Assembly: GCA_963728205.1 (NCBI GenBank)
Contig: CAVSIV010000006.1
Location: 352,001 to 416,000, forward strand
Length of the DNA: 64,000 nt
DNA from: an uncultured Chloroflexia bacterium
GTDB lineage: Bacteria; Chloroflexota; Dehalococcoidia; UBA2979
Direction of reading: 5' to 3'
A program made the translations under genes and the position numbers. The number at the start of each line of letters is the position of its first letter. The first letter of the stretch is position 1. Below, in pieces: positions 31,204 through 40,792 of the stretch. The notes below the pieces were generated by a model. That model saw only the letters and a program-made list of their open reading frames with translations, was not told the DNA's origin and ran no database searches.

Positions 31204-32688
31204 TCAGCCCGCTGACGCGGTGCCGTTCGCCGGCATGCCGTCCGCCAGCCAGAGGTGCATCGCGGCGAGCGCGCGGTGGGGACGCCAGCGCTCGGCGCGG
31301 CGCTCGAGCGCGAGCGGGTCGAGCGCCGCGGGCGCGCCGGCGAGACGCGCGGCGGCGCGGCGCAGGCCGAGGTCGCTCGCGGGGAAGGCGTCGCGGCGGC
31401 CCGTCGCGCGCAGGGCGATCATGTGGGCCGACCACGGGCCGAGCCCCGGCAGCGCCTGGAGTGCCGCGAGCGAGACGTCCAGCGGTTCGGCGGCGTCGAG
31501 CCCGATCGTCCCGTCGGCGTAGGCGCGCGCGAACACGCGCAAGGAGCGTGCGCGGGCCGCGGGCAGGCCGATGGCACGCAGGCGCTGCTCGCTCGCCGCG
31601 GCGAGCGTCGTGGCGGCGGGGAACACGTGCGTCACGCCCAGCGCGCGCAGGCCCTCGACCGGCCGACCGAACGCGGCGACGAGCCGGCCGGTCAGCGTCG
31701 TCGCCCCACCGACCGTCACCTGCTGGCCGAGCAGCACGCGCACCGCGGTCTCGAACGGGTCCCACGCACCGGGCACGCGGAGGCCCGGGCGGCGACGCAC
31801 CGCCGCGCGCAAGAGCGGGTCGCGAGCCAGGCCGGTGCCGGCGGCGGTCGGCGCGTCGAGCCCGAAGAGCCGGCGCACGCGCGTGACGTCGTCGATCAGC
31901 GTCGTGAGCGCCGGCAGGTGCGCCACGACCTCGAGGTGCTGCGCGTCGGCGCGCCGCACCTCGATCACGCCGGGGTCGCCGTGCGTGGACGTCGTGCGCC
32001 GGTACGTAGCCCCGTCCACCACCTCCACGCCCGGGATCGCCCGCGGCGCGAGGTACGCGAGGAGATCGTCGAAGGCGAGCGGACCCTCGAAGGGGACGCG
32101 CAGGCGCAGGCCGCCGTCGGCGACCAGACGGTCGGCGTCGCGGCGGCGGGCGCGCAGCTCGGCCGGGGTGAAGCGGAAGACCGCGCGCATCACGCGGTTG
32201 AGCTGGCGCACGCTGGCGAAGCCGGCGGCTCCGGCGACGTCGGTGATGCGCAGGTCGGTCTCGTCGAGCAGCCGCCGCGCGAAGTGCGCGCGGCGCGAGC
32301 GCGCGACGAAGGCCGGCGTCGCGCCGACGTGTTCGAGGAAGAGCCGCCGCAGGTGCCGGCCGGTGACGCCGAGGCGGCGGGCGAGCGCGTCCTCGGTGCG
32401 GTCGTCGAGCGCGCCGTCGCCGATCAGGATGAGCGCGCGCGCGACCAGGTCGTGCGTGCTGCCGGCGGCGTCGGGCAGGCGGTCGGGCCGGCAGCGCAGG
32501 CAGGGGCGGTAGCCCGCGGCCTCGGCGGCGACGGCGGTGGCGTAGCCGGTGGTGTTGCGCGCGAGCGGCCGGCCGCCGCAGCCGTCGCGGCAGTAAATGC
32601 CGGTCGTGCGCACAGCGGTGAGGCGGCCCGGGCGCGACCCGGGGGCGATGCGCTCGGCAGTGCGGTCGGCGGTGCGTGTGTCGCTCAT
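31204..32688 (-). CDS. alkA: Ada Zn domain-AraC HTH-AlkA DNA-3-methyladenine glycosylase fusion
   Basis: VRTTGIYCRDGC...GYRPCLRCRP; PFETAVRVLLGQQV; LPGLGPWSA...DAFPASDLGL. Confidence 0.95.
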   Translation of the reverse strand: MSDTRTADRTAERIAPGSRPGRLTAVRTTGIYCRDGCGGRPLARNTTGYATAVAAEAAGYRPCLRCRPDRLPDAAGSTHDLVARALILIGDGALDDRTEDALARRLGVTGRHLRRLFLEHVGATPAFVARSRRAHFARRLLDETDLRITDVAGAAGFASVRQLNRVMRAVFRFTPAELRARRRDADRLVADGGLRLRVPFEGPLAFDDLLAYLAPRAIPGVEVVDGATYRRTTSTHGDPGVIEVRRADAQHLEVVAHLPALTTLIDDVTRVRRLFGLDAPTAAGTGLARDPLLRAAVRRRPGLRVPGAWDPFETAVRVLLGQQVTVGGATTLTGRLVAAFGRPVEGLRALGVTHVFPAATTLAAASEQRLRAIGLPAARARSLRVFARAYADGTIGLDAAEPLDVSLAALQALPGLGPWSAHMIALRATGRRDAFPASDLGLRRAAARLAGAPAALDPLALERRAERWRPHRALAAMHLWLADGMPANGTASAG

Positions 32689-32719
32689 GCGGTCGATTCT
32701 GGCGCGGGCCGCGGCGGCG

Positions 32720-32769
32720 GATCGGACCGATTCGGACACGTCCGCGGCGATGTCCGGATCTGTCCGATC
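32720..32769. promoter_or_regulatory. Inverted repeat between alkA and ogt, putative Ada operator
   Basis: GATCGGACCGATTCGGACAC vs reverse complement GATCGGACAGATCCGGACAT (17/20). Confidence 0.6.
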
Positions 32770-32825
32770 GTAGCGCGGCGCGCGCGCGAGACTCGACCGC
32801 GTCGCAGACGAGAGGAGGCGCCTCC

Positions 32826-33362
32826 ATGGCAGTCCAGGTCCGCGAAGCGTTCGCGCTCGACACGTTCGAGACGCCAATCGGGACGATGTGGATCGCGGTG
32901 GACGGCGACGGCGCCGTGCGCGCCGTCGACTGGAGCGACCACGAGGAGCGCATGCGGTCGCTGGTGCGCCGCCAGTATGGCGAGAACGGCGCGCGGCTCG
33001 CGCCCGGCGCGCTGCCCGCAGCCGTCCGCGACGCGCTGGCGGCGTACTTCGCCGGCGCGGTCGACGCGCTCGCCGCGCTGCCCGTGCGCACGCGCGGGAC
33101 CGCGTTTCAGCGCGCGGTGTGGAGCGCGCTGCGCGAGATCCCGGCGGGCACGACCGAGAGCTACGGGGCGCTGGCGGCGCGCATCGGCCGGCCGCGCGCG
33201 GTGCGCGCCGTGGGGGCGGCGAACGGCGCGAACCCGGTCGGCGTGATCGTTCCGTGTCACCGCGTGATCGGTGCGGATCGGACGCTCACCGGCTACGGCG
33301 GCGGGATCGACCGCAAGCGCTGGCTGCTCGCGCACGAGGGAGCCGCGTTCGTCGGGGCGTGA
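32826..33362 (+). CDS. ogt: Methylated-DNA-protein-cysteine methyltransferase
   Basis: GTAFQRAVW..L..IP.G...SYG; NPVGVIVPCHRV. Confidence 0.96.
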   Translation: MAVQVREAFALDTFETPIGTMWIAVDGDGAVRAVDWSDHEERMRSLVRRQYGENGARLAPGALPAAVRDALAAYFAGAVDALAALPVRTRGTAFQRAVWSALREIPAGTTESYGALAARIGRPRAVRAVGAANGANPVGVIVPCHRVIGADRTLTGYGGGIDRKRWLLAHEGAAFVGA

Positions 33363-33387
33363 ACGAGGTGGCGCGGCCGCGCGCCCC

Positions 33388-33542
33388 AGCGGCGGCAGAC
33401 AGGCGCGGAGGCGAGCCGCCTCAGCGGCGGCAGACGGGCCGCCGACCCTCGCGGGCGGCCGAAGCGCCCGGGGTCGCGGCGGCGAGCGGATGCGGGCCGT
33501 GCACCCACGGGAGCGTCGGCCACCCGTCCGCCGCCGCCTGCG
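33388..33542. repeat. Degenerate REP-like copies related to the 47-bp array
   Basis: AGCGGCGGCAGAC at 33388 and 33423; an inverted copy near 33524-33542; lies between convergent genes. Confidence 0.55.
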
Positions 33543-33558
33543 ACGAACCCGACGGTCG

Positions 33559-33918
33559 CTAGCCCGGCATCTGCATGAGCTGGCAGTAGTTGCCGTCGGC
33601 GTCGAGGAACGTCGAGATCACGCCGCCCCAGAACTCGACGCCCTCCTTGCGAATGAACTGCACGCCCTTCGCCTCGAGCGCCTCGCGGGCGGCACGCGCG
33701 TCCGGGACCACGAAGTTGAGCAGCGCGCGCGCCGGCTCCTTCGCCGAGCCGTGAACCTCGCTGTGGCCGTCGATGAAGAGCGAGAAGGTGTCGGTGACGC
33801 GGAAGCCGCCGCCTTCCTCCATCGGCTCCTGCTCGAGGCCCACCGTGTCGCGATAGAAGGCGGCGAGGCGCTCGGGCTGCTCGCTGTTCAGGTTGACGTT
33901 GAAGCCGGTGATGTTCAT
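33559..33918 (-). CDS. VOC/glyoxalase-family protein
   Basis: ERLAAFYRDTVGL...LNFVVPD...WGG..STFLDADGN..QL. Confidence 0.92.
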   Translation of the reverse strand: MNITGFNVNLNSEQPERLAAFYRDTVGLEQEPMEEGGGFRVTDTFSLFIDGHSEVHGSAKEPARALLNFVVPDARAAREALEAKGVQFIRKEGVEFWGGVISTFLDADGNYCQLMQMPG

Positions 33919-34214
33919 CGCGGTTCCCTTCGTGTGCCGGTGCGGGCCGCCACGGTAGAGGCGGCCCGTGACAGCGGGATGTCAGTGGTGCGGGTGACGG
34001 CGCGATCATCCGGACGCGTGGTGGCGTCCGCCGCTCGCGGCGCGCGCCGTGCCGCACGGATCAGGGCGTGGACGGCGACCAGCGGGCGCCCGAACAGGTG
34101 GCGTCTGGTCGGCGCTCGACGCGGGGGCGCGCGGCGCGGATCGGCGCGCGCGGCGACGCGGCGCTCGGCGCGCTCGCGCAGCCACTGCGCCTCGTACGGG
34201 TCGTAGAACCACAT
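33915..34214 (-). CDS. Small basic hypothetical protein (C-terminal extent doubtful)
   Basis: GAAGGGA RBS before MWFYDPYEAQWLRERAERR; preceded by a WYL box. Confidence 0.45.
   Translation of the reverse strand: MWFYDPYEAQWLRERAERRVAARADPRRAPPRRAPTRRHLFGRPLVAVHALIRAARRAPRAADATTRPDDRAVTRTTDIPLSRAASTVAARTGTRREPR
33967..33985 (-). promoter_or_regulatory. WYL/YafY-type box, copy 1
   Basis: CGTGACAGCGGGATGTCAG (TGACA-N6-TGTCA), upstream of a TACCGT -10 and the VOC gene. Confidence 0.75.
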
Positions 34215-34260
34215 GGGCGTCCCTTCGCTTGGCGTGTTCGGAACACACCGTACGAAGGGG

Positions 34261-34279
34261 CGTGACAGCGGGTTGTCAG
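34261..34279 (-). promoter_or_regulatory. WYL/YafY-type box, copy 2
   Basis: CGTGACAGCGGGTTGTCAG, 18/19 identical to copy 1, upstream of a TACGGT -10. Confidence 0.75.
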
Positions 34280-35196
34280 GAGTCGTAGACGCGTGCGAGC
34301 GCCGCGATCTCATCACGCATGCGAGTGATCGCGCCGGGTGGCGACAGCACGCGCGCGGAGGCGCCCCAGCGCAGCGCCCAGGGCATGACGTCGCGCCAGT
34401 CGCGCACGCGGAAGTGGAAGACGGCGCCGTCCTCGGCCGGTTCTTCGCGCTCGAAGCCCCAGCAGGGCTGCTCGCGCGCCCACGGCAGCACGGACGCGGC
34501 GAGCCACACGTGCACATCCACCTCCGGCTTGTTCCGCGCGCGGTCGCGGCGCGGCGGCCGCGGCGGCGGCACGTGCTCGTCGAGCAGCCGGGCCTCGCGC
34601 ACCCGCGACGCGCGGAACATGCGCTCGTCGCCGCGCAGCCGGCAGTGCCCGACGAGGTACCAGTCCTCGCCGTAGTACATGCGGTGCGGCTCGACGTCGC
34701 GCTCGGTCACCGCGTCCGACTCGTAGGCGTGGTAGCGCAGGTGGACGACGCGGTCCTCGAGCACCGCCTGCACGAGCACCGGCAGCCACGGCGACGGCGC
34801 GGCACGGCCGTCGGGCATGGCGGCAAGCCGCTCGCGGCGATGCTGCACCTGCTCGCGCGTCGGGGCGTCGAGCGCCGCCTCCACCTTCGCCGCGGCCGAC
34901 CGCGCGGCGGCGCGCTGATCGTCGGTGCCGAGCGGCGGCGCGAGGTCCGCGCCGAGCAGCAGCTGGGTCGCCTCTTCGGCCGTGAACGCGATGGGCGGCA
35001 GGTGGTAGCCGGGAACGATGCGGTAGCCCTCGCCGGGCATGGCGGCGATGGGGACGCCGGCGGCGCACAGCGCGTCGACGTCGCGATAGACCGTGCGCAC
35101 GGAGCACTCGCAGGTCTCGGCGAGCGCCTGCGCGGTGACGGCGCGCTCCTCGCGCAGCCGCATCAGGATCAGCAGCCGGCGGTCCATCTGTTTCAC
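34276..35196 (-). CDS. YafY-like HTH-WYL-WCX transcriptional regulator
   Basis: TAQALAE..ECSVRTVYRDVDAL; WYLVGHCRLR...RMFR. Confidence 0.95.
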   Translation of the reverse strand: MKQMDRRLLILMRLREERAVTAQALAETCECSVRTVYRDVDALCAAGVPIAAMPGEGYRIVPGYHLPPIAFTAEEATQLLLGADLAPPLGTDDQRAAARSAAAKVEAALDAPTREQVQHRRERLAAMPDGRAAPSPWLPVLVQAVLEDRVVHLRYHAYESDAVTERDVEPHRMYYGEDWYLVGHCRLRGDERMFRASRVREARLLDEHVPPPRPPRRDRARNKPEVDVHVWLAASVLPWAREQPCWGFEREEPAEDGAVFHFRVRDWRDVMPWALRWGASARVLSPPGAITRMRDEIAALARVYDS

Positions 35197-35290
35197 GGCG
35201 CCGTCGAGGATACGGCGCGGCCCCGCAGCGGCGGCAGCGACGGACCGGCGCGCCGAGTGGCCGCGCGTCCGTCGCCGTCACGCCGAGCAG

Positions 35291-35854
35291 TCAACTCCCC
35301 GGCCGCGGCCGCCGCGGCCGCCGCGGCGACACGCCACGCGCGAGGCGCCGATAGCTCGCGCCGAGCAGGAGCACGCCGGGCGCCAGGCCCGCAAGCATGT
35401 CGACCGCCGCCGCCGGCGCGCCGGCAGCGGCGGCCACCAGGCCGGCCACCCCGCACGCGGTGAGGGCCGCCGCCGGCCACGCGAAGACGGGCCACCCCCA
35501 GGCCGCACGCAGCGCGAAGAAGTGCACGCCGACGACCAGCGTGATCCACCCGAGGTCGGCCGGCGTCGCGCCGAGCACGCCGTTGATCACGAGCAGCCCG
35601 CCGAGGCCCGCCACGATCTCGCCCGCGACGATCACGAAGTACGCGCGGTCGAACCGCATCGCGCCCGATCCGTTGGTGCTCCGCACGGCCGGCGAGCGAC
35701 GGAGCAGCACGAGGAGGCCGGCGAGAGCGGCGACCCCGAGCGCACGCAGCGCGATCGGCAGCGGGGTCGGCGCCGCCCCCGCGTTCGCAACGATGTAGAC
35801 GAAGCCGAAGATCCCGGCGATGAGGCAGCCGGTGGTTCCGCCGCGATTGGTCAT
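35291..35854 (-). CDS. Integral membrane protein
   Basis: Several TM helices; LVVGVHFFAL; GGAG RBS. Confidence 0.75.
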   Translation of the reverse strand: MTNRGGTTGCLIAGIFGFVYIVANAGAAPTPLPIALRALGVAALAGLLVLLRRSPAVRSTNGSGAMRFDRAYFVIVAGEIVAGLGGLLVINGVLGATPADLGWITLVVGVHFFALRAAWGWPVFAWPAAALTACGVAGLVAAAAGAPAAAVDMLAGLAPGVLLLGASYRRLARGVSPRRPRRPRPGS

Positions 35855-35940
35855 GGTGGCGTTCTCCCTTGCTTCCCGCGGCACCGGGCGGCAGGCGGCG
35901 CCGGGTCGCGCCGCCGGCCGCCCGGACGCGGCCGTCTGCG

Positions 35941-36633
35941 TCACTCGCGGACGTCGCGCCGCGCGAGGGACCACGCGAGCACCACGCAGGCGGCCGCGAC
36001 GAGCAGCCCGTGGGCGACACGCACCGGCTGTGCCGTCGTGTACTGCGGGATGTAGAGCGCGAACGCGACCGCCAGCGGCACGGTGCTCCAGCGCGGCAGC
36101 CGCTCCGACCGCCACGTCGCGACGGCAAGCACCACGGTGGCGACGCCGAGCGCAAGCAGGCCCGCGAGGATGAACCAGACGCCCTGCTCCCAGCGGATGT
36201 GGTCGACGACGGTCATCAGCGTGGGGTCGTTGCGCTGCAGCACCGCCTGCCCGACGGCGTGCAGGCCGAACACCTCGGCGCCGTAGTACGGCAGCGTGAG
36301 CCCGATGCCGGTCCAGCCGAGGACGAGCGCGACGAGCCCGCCTCGCTCGCCGCGCGAGCCGCGCAGCCGCAGGGTGACGGCGAGCAGCCCGAGCCCGAGC
36401 AGGACGAAGCCGACCATCGCGAGCGAGTGCGCGACGACCCACGCGGTCGACGCGAAGGCGCTCGCGCCCTCGAGGCCGGTCTCGCTCGAGAACGGCCGGA
36501 TCGCGGGGTAGAGGACGAAGAGCACGCCCGCGGCGGCGAGCGCGAACGCCCCCGGTCCCGCACCGCCGGTGCGGCCGACGGAGCGTGGCGCCGGGACGTC
36601 GCGAACGGTGCGCTCGTGCATGAGAACGGCCAT
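35941..36633 (-). CDS. Integral membrane protein
   Basis: LFVLYPAIRPFS, LPYYGAEVFGLH; multiple TM segments. Confidence 0.8.
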   Translation of the reverse strand: MAVLMHERTVRDVPAPRSVGRTGGAGPGAFALAAAGVLFVLYPAIRPFSSETGLEGASAFASTAWVVAHSLAMVGFVLLGLGLLAVTLRLRGSRGERGGLVALVLGWTGIGLTLPYYGAEVFGLHAVGQAVLQRNDPTLMTVVDHIRWEQGVWFILAGLLALGVATVVLAVATWRSERLPRWSTVPLAVAFALYIPQYTTAQPVRVAHGLLVAAACVVLAWSLARRDVRE

Positions 36634-36743
36634 GGTGATCCCTCCTTCGAGAGGTGTGACTTCCGGACACTTGGTGGGATGAGTGGTCGATGCGAACCGG
36701 CGCTGCGGAGCGGCCCCGCCGGCAATGGGGCGGTGCTATCGGT

Positions 36744-37322
36744 TCATCGACGTCGTCCCATCCCCGCTTCGAGCCCGGCGAGGTACGTCCGGATCGCGTA
36801 CTCGAAGCTGGCGTCGATGCCCTGCGGCATGCCGAATGCGCCGCTCGCCTCCAGCGTGGTGAACCCGTGGATCACGCTGCGCAGGCCGCGGATCGCGTGC
36901 ACAAGGTCGTCGGCGGCGAGCCCGTACGGCTCGAGCGCGGCGCCGATCACCTCGAGCGTTGTCTCGGCTGCGCGCAGGCGCCGCGTCTCGTCCTCGCCGG
37001 GGGCGCGCAGCGTCGCGGCGTAGAGCCCGGGGCGCTCCCGGGCGAAGCGGCGATAGGCGCCGGCGATCGCCAGGCTCGCGCGCTCGCCGCTCTTGCCGAC
37101 GGCCGCTCGCGTCAGGCGATTCGCCATCTCCTCGGAGCCCAGCGCCGCGAGCCCCGCCCGCAGCCCGGGCAGGCCGCCGACGTGGTTGTAGAGCGACGGC
37201 GGCCGCACACCGAGGCGCTGCGCGACGGCCGCCAGCGTCACGCCGTCGAGCCCCGCCTCGTCGGCGAGCTCGCCGGCGGCGGCGACGATCACGTCCTCCG
37301 TGAGGCCCGCCCTAGGCGACAA
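36744..37322 (-). CDS. TetR-family regulator (WHG-type C-terminus)
   Basis: LAAVAQRLGVRPPSLYNHV; RSVIHGF..LE..GAFG. Confidence 0.93.
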   Translation of the reverse strand: MSPRAGLTEDVIVAAAGELADEAGLDGVTLAAVAQRLGVRPPSLYNHVGGLPGLRAGLAALGSEEMANRLTRAAVGKSGERASLAIAGAYRRFARERPGLYAATLRAPGEDETRRLRAAETTLEVIGAALEPYGLAADDLVHAIRGLRSVIHGFTTLEASGAFGMPQGIDASFEYAIRTYLAGLEAGMGRRR

Positions 37323-38145
37323 CGTGGCGCTCCCCGACGGCGCTCCGCGTGAAGTCGACGATCGCCGCGTTCGTGACCTCGGGGCGCTCGACGTGCGGGT
37401 AGTGCCCCGCGCCGTCGACCACCAGCACGCGCGCGCCCAGCGCGTCGGCGAGCGCGGCCGCCTCGGCGGCCGGGTCGGGGAAGTCGGGGTCGGCGCCGCC
37501 CATCACCACGAGCGACGGGACACGCACGCGCGCCAGGCGCGCGTCGACGCCGGCGAGCGGACCGTGCGCCATCATCCCGCGCAGCGCGGCGAGCCGGCCC
37601 GGCTCCGCGAGGTTCGCCCGCAGCGCGGCCGCGTAGGCGTCGAAGTCCGCAGGCCTGGCCGACGGGAACAGCGTCGCCCAGAAGCGCATCCACGCGCCGA
37701 CGCCCCACGGGCCCGCGAACATCACGCGAAAGAGCGGCGGGAGCAGGTGGCGGCGCGCCCACGAACCGGAATCGCGCACGAACGGGCCGATCAGCACGGT
37801 CGCGACCACGGCGCCGGGCGACTCCGAGGCCGCCCATACCGCGGCGCTCGCCGCCTTCGAGTTGCCGATCACGATCGCGGGGCCGGCGTCGAGATGTTCG
37901 ACGAGGGCGAGGACGTCGCTGCCGACGGCCTCGGGGGAGACGTCGCGCCAGCCGGTGCTCGACTCGCCGTGGCCTCGGAGGTCCATCGCAACGACGCGAC
38001 AGCCGGCGTCGACGAGCCGCGGGGCGAGGAAACGGTACTCCTGCCGCAGGTCGCCGATGCCCGGCACGCAGACGACGAGCGGACCGCTGCCCTGGTCCGA
38101 GTAGGCCAGGCGGCCGCCGTCGTGGTCGATCCAGCACGTAGTCAT
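37312..38145 (-). CDS. Alpha/beta-fold hydrolase
   Basis: MDLRGHGES, GNS nucleophile elbow, GAGHYPH. Confidence 0.92.
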   Translation of the reverse strand: MTTCWIDHDGGRLAYSDQGSGPLVVCVPGIGDLRQEYRFLAPRLVDAGCRVVAMDLRGHGESSTGWRDVSPEAVGSDVLALVEHLDAGPAIVIGNSKAASAAVWAASESPGAVVATVLIGPFVRDSGSWARRHLLPPLFRVMFAGPWGVGAWMRFWATLFPSARPADFDAYAAALRANLAEPGRLAALRGMMAHGPLAGVDARLARVRVPSLVVMGGADPDFPDPAAEAAALADALGARVLVVDGAGHYPHVERPEVTNAAIVDFTRSAVGERHVVA

Positions 38146-38167
38146 GGTTGCTACCCTCCATCGCTAT

Positions 38168-38186
38168 AAACTACGAGTAGTAGTTT
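38168..38186. promoter_or_regulatory. Putative TetR operator
   Basis: AAACTAC-N5-GTAGTTT AT-rich inverted repeat upstream of the hydrolase-tetR operon. Confidence 0.65.
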
Positions 38187-38231
38187 TACAACGATGGACG
38201 GCCGTTGGCAAGGGCCTGACCGCGCTCGCCG

Positions 38232-38660
38232 CTACATCGGCTTGAAGACCATCGCGGCGACGGCGGAGACGAGCACGAGCAGGATCGTCGCGTTCCACGC
38301 CACGAGCCGCCCGGCGCCCTCGGCGCCGCCCGACGCGAGCACGGCCGCGGCGGCGCGGCGCGCGAACGTCGCGCCGAGCACGGCGGCGACCACGAGCGCG
38401 CCGAATCCCCACCCGACCCACGGCTGCATCTCCACGTGCTCCGCGGCCATCAGCCCGATGCCGCCGACCAGCGTCGCGACGCTGGCGGGCATCAGCACCG
38501 CCTTGCCGACGAACTCCGTGTTGCGCAGGTGTGCGAACAGCCCCGCGCGATCGCCCCGCGCGAAGAGCCGTGCCGTGAGCGTCGAGACGGCGATGCCACC
38601 GCCGACCCACGTCAGCACGCCCGCGAGGTGCAGGAACAGCCATGCGTTCTGTGCGGTCAT
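38232..38660 (-). CDS. DUF2269-like membrane protein
   Basis: LFLHLAGVLTWVGGG...AMVFKP terminus. Confidence 0.75.
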   Translation of the reverse strand: MTAQNAWLFLHLAGVLTWVGGGIAVSTLTARLFARGDRAGLFAHLRNTEFVGKAVLMPASVATLVGGIGLMAAEHVEMQPWVGWGFGALVVAAVLGATFARRAAAAVLASGGAEGAGRLVAWNATILLVLVSAVAAMVFKPM

Positions 38661-38676
38661 CGGGTCCTCCAATGCT

Positions 38677-39483
38677 TCAACCGACGGCTCGGCCGCCCGT
38701 GATGTCGAGCACCTGCCCCGTGATCCACGACGACGCGTCGGAGACGAGGTAGAGCGCCGCCAGGGCGACGTCGTCGGGCTCGCCGATGCGGCGCAGCGGG
38801 AAGCCCGCGGCGATCTGGTCGAGCACCTCGCGCGGCTGCGCGTCGAGGCGTGCGTTGCGCACCGCGGACGGCGAGAGGCAGTTCACGCGCACGCACGCCG
38901 CGGCCACCTCGCTCGCGAGCTGGCGCGTGAGCATGACGACGCCGGCCTTCGCGGCGGAGTACGGCGCCGCCGCCGAACGCCCGGGCGGACCGGGCTGCCT
39001 GCCGGCGGTCGAGGCCATCGTCACGACCGCGCCGCGCCGGCGCTCGACCATCCCCGGCACGACCTCGCGCAGCACGTAGAACGTGCTGCCCAGGTTCACG
39101 TCGACGACGTCGCGCCAGCGCGCGGGCTCGATCTCCAGCGTCGGCTCCGGGACGCCCTCGCCGCCGGCGAACGCGCAGACGATGTCGATGGGCCCGAGCG
39201 CCGACTCCACGTTCCGCCGGACCGCGGCCACCGCCGCGGGGTCGGTCACGTCGGCGGGCGCAGCGAGCGCGGTGCCGTCCGCCTGCTCGATGCTCGCGAC
39301 CACCGCATCGAGCCGCGCGCGGTCGCGTCCGTTGACGGCGACGCGCGCGCCGTTCGCGGCGAGCAGCCGGGCAGTGGCGGCGCCGAGCGCGCCCGACGCG
39401 CCGGTGACCAGCGCGACGCGCCCCTCGAGATCGGGATAGGACGGGTAGGCGAACTCGAAGTCGTGACCACCGCGATGCGGCAT
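38677..39483 (-). CDS. SDR-family oxidoreductase
   Basis: VTGASGALG, YSAAK, RIGEPDDVA...ITGQVL. Confidence 0.95.
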   Translation of the reverse strand: MPHRGGHDFEFAYPSYPDLEGRVALVTGASGALGAATARLLAANGARVAVNGRDRARLDAVVASIEQADGTALAAPADVTDPAAVAAVRRNVESALGPIDIVCAFAGGEGVPEPTLEIEPARWRDVVDVNLGSTFYVLREVVPGMVERRRGAVVTMASTAGRQPGPPGRSAAAPYSAAKAGVVMLTRQLASEVAAACVRVNCLSPSAVRNARLDAQPREVLDQIAAGFPLRRIGEPDDVALAALYLVSDASSWITGQVLDITGGRAVG

Positions 39484-39545
39484 GTGGGGCGTCCTTTCCG
39501 CGCGCGGGACCGGATCGGGGCGGGGCGGGACCGGCGCCGGCGGCG

Positions 39546-40058
39546 TCAGAGCACGCGTCGCCCGGGCGGCGCGAAGTGCCAGCGGACGAGGCGGAAGCCG
39601 TGCGCGATCGCGGGGTCGAGCCGCGCGCGGTCGATCGCGCCGTCGCGGCCGCGCACCGGCAGCATCGCCGCGATGCGCGCGTTCGCGGCCATCATCGCGG
39701 GGAGCAGCCGCGCGATGGTGTCGGGGTCGTCGATCAGCTCCGGCCAGAGCAGGACGTCGCGCCCGCGCAGCCGCGCGCGGACCGGCGTGTCGGGCCGCAG
39801 GTTCAGCTTCCACCGCCCACCGCCGGGCGTGAGCAGCGTGTCGCCGTCGGGGTGGTAGCCGACGGGCTGGCGGTACGTGCGTCCGCTGCGACGCCCGCGG
39901 AACGTGATCAGCATGAGCCGGCGGCTGAGCGGGGTGCGGAACGGCAGCCCGAGCGCGAAGCGCATCGGGACGTTCACCACTCGCATCAGTCGCGCGCGGC
40001 GCGCGAGGTCCGGCGGACGGCGGTTGGTGGGCCGCTCTCGGGCGTGGTCGGTGGCCAT
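39546..40058 (-). CDS. Deazaflavin (F420)-dependent nitroreductase-like (DDN) protein
   Basis: LMLITFRGRRSGRTYRQPV...WKLNL. Confidence 0.8.
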   Translation of the reverse strand: MATDHARERPTNRRPPDLARRARLMRVVNVPMRFALGLPFRTPLSRRLMLITFRGRRSGRTYRQPVGYHPDGDTLLTPGGGRWKLNLRPDTPVRARLRGRDVLLWPELIDDPDTIARLLPAMMAANARIAAMLPVRGRDGAIDRARLDPAIAHGFRLVRWHFAPPGRRVL

Positions 40059-40121
40059 GGGGCGCTCCTTTCGCGCGGAACGCCGTCGAGTCTCGACCGC
40101 GGACGTGGCGCGGGTATGGCT

Positions 40122-40222
40122 GAGATGTGGAGGAGATGCGGAGGTCTCGCGGCGGGCGGGCGAACGTCGCGCCCGTCCGCGCATCCATCGAATCGCCGTG
40201 CCGCCCACATACTTCCTCCACA
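40122..40222. promoter_or_regulatory. Direct repeats, putative OmpR-family binding sites
   Basis: GAGATGTGGAG-GAGATGCGGAG, and opposite-facing CCACA-N8-CCACA, in the divergent intergenic region. Confidence 0.45.
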
Positions 40223-40290
40223 CGCGCGGACGACCATCGATCGCGACGGACGGGGGCGACCCGCCCGGCTGCGATCGAAAGGGGACGGAC

Positions 40291-40782
40291 ATGTACGGAT
40301 CGCGAGAGAGCGTCTTCCCGCGCGTGCTGCTCGCGCTGGTCGCGCTCGCAGGCGTGGCCCTGGTGGCGGTGATCGCGTTCAACGCGGGCGCCGCGCACGG
40401 CGGCGTCGCGGACACCGCGGCCGCCGGCGCGCGTGACTGGCGGTGGCACGGCGGGCCGGGGTTCGGCCTGTGGTTCCTGTTCCCGCTCGGCTTCGGGCTG
40501 CTGTTCTTCGTGTTGCTGTTCGGGCTCGTGCGCGCGGCGTTCTTCGGCTTCGGCCCGCGAAACGGCGGCCCCTGGGGCAGCGGCCCGGCCGGCGGCTGGG
40601 ACGACGGCCCGGGCGCAGGGCGGCGCGACGCGCTGCGACGCGGCTTCGACGAGTGGCACCGCGAGGCACACCGCGACGCGACGTCCGCGGTCCCGCCCCC
40701 GTCCACCGCCGCATCCGAGAGCGCGCCCGGCCCGGCGGACCGGCCCGCGGCGAGCGGCGGCGAGCCCGGGGGCGAGCGCTAG
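40291..40782 (+). CDS. Membrane protein preceding the two-component system
   Basis: AAGGGG RBS; two hydrophobic segments; FDEWHREAH. Confidence 0.75.
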   Translation: MYGSRESVFPRVLLALVALAGVALVAVIAFNAGAAHGGVADTAAAGARDWRWHGGPGFGLWFLFPLGFGLLFFVLLFGLVRAAFFGFGPRNGGPWGSGPAGGWDDGPGAGRRDALRRGFDEWHREAHRDATSAVPPPSTAASESAPGPADRPAASGGEPGGER

Positions 40783-40792
40783 GATCGGCGGC

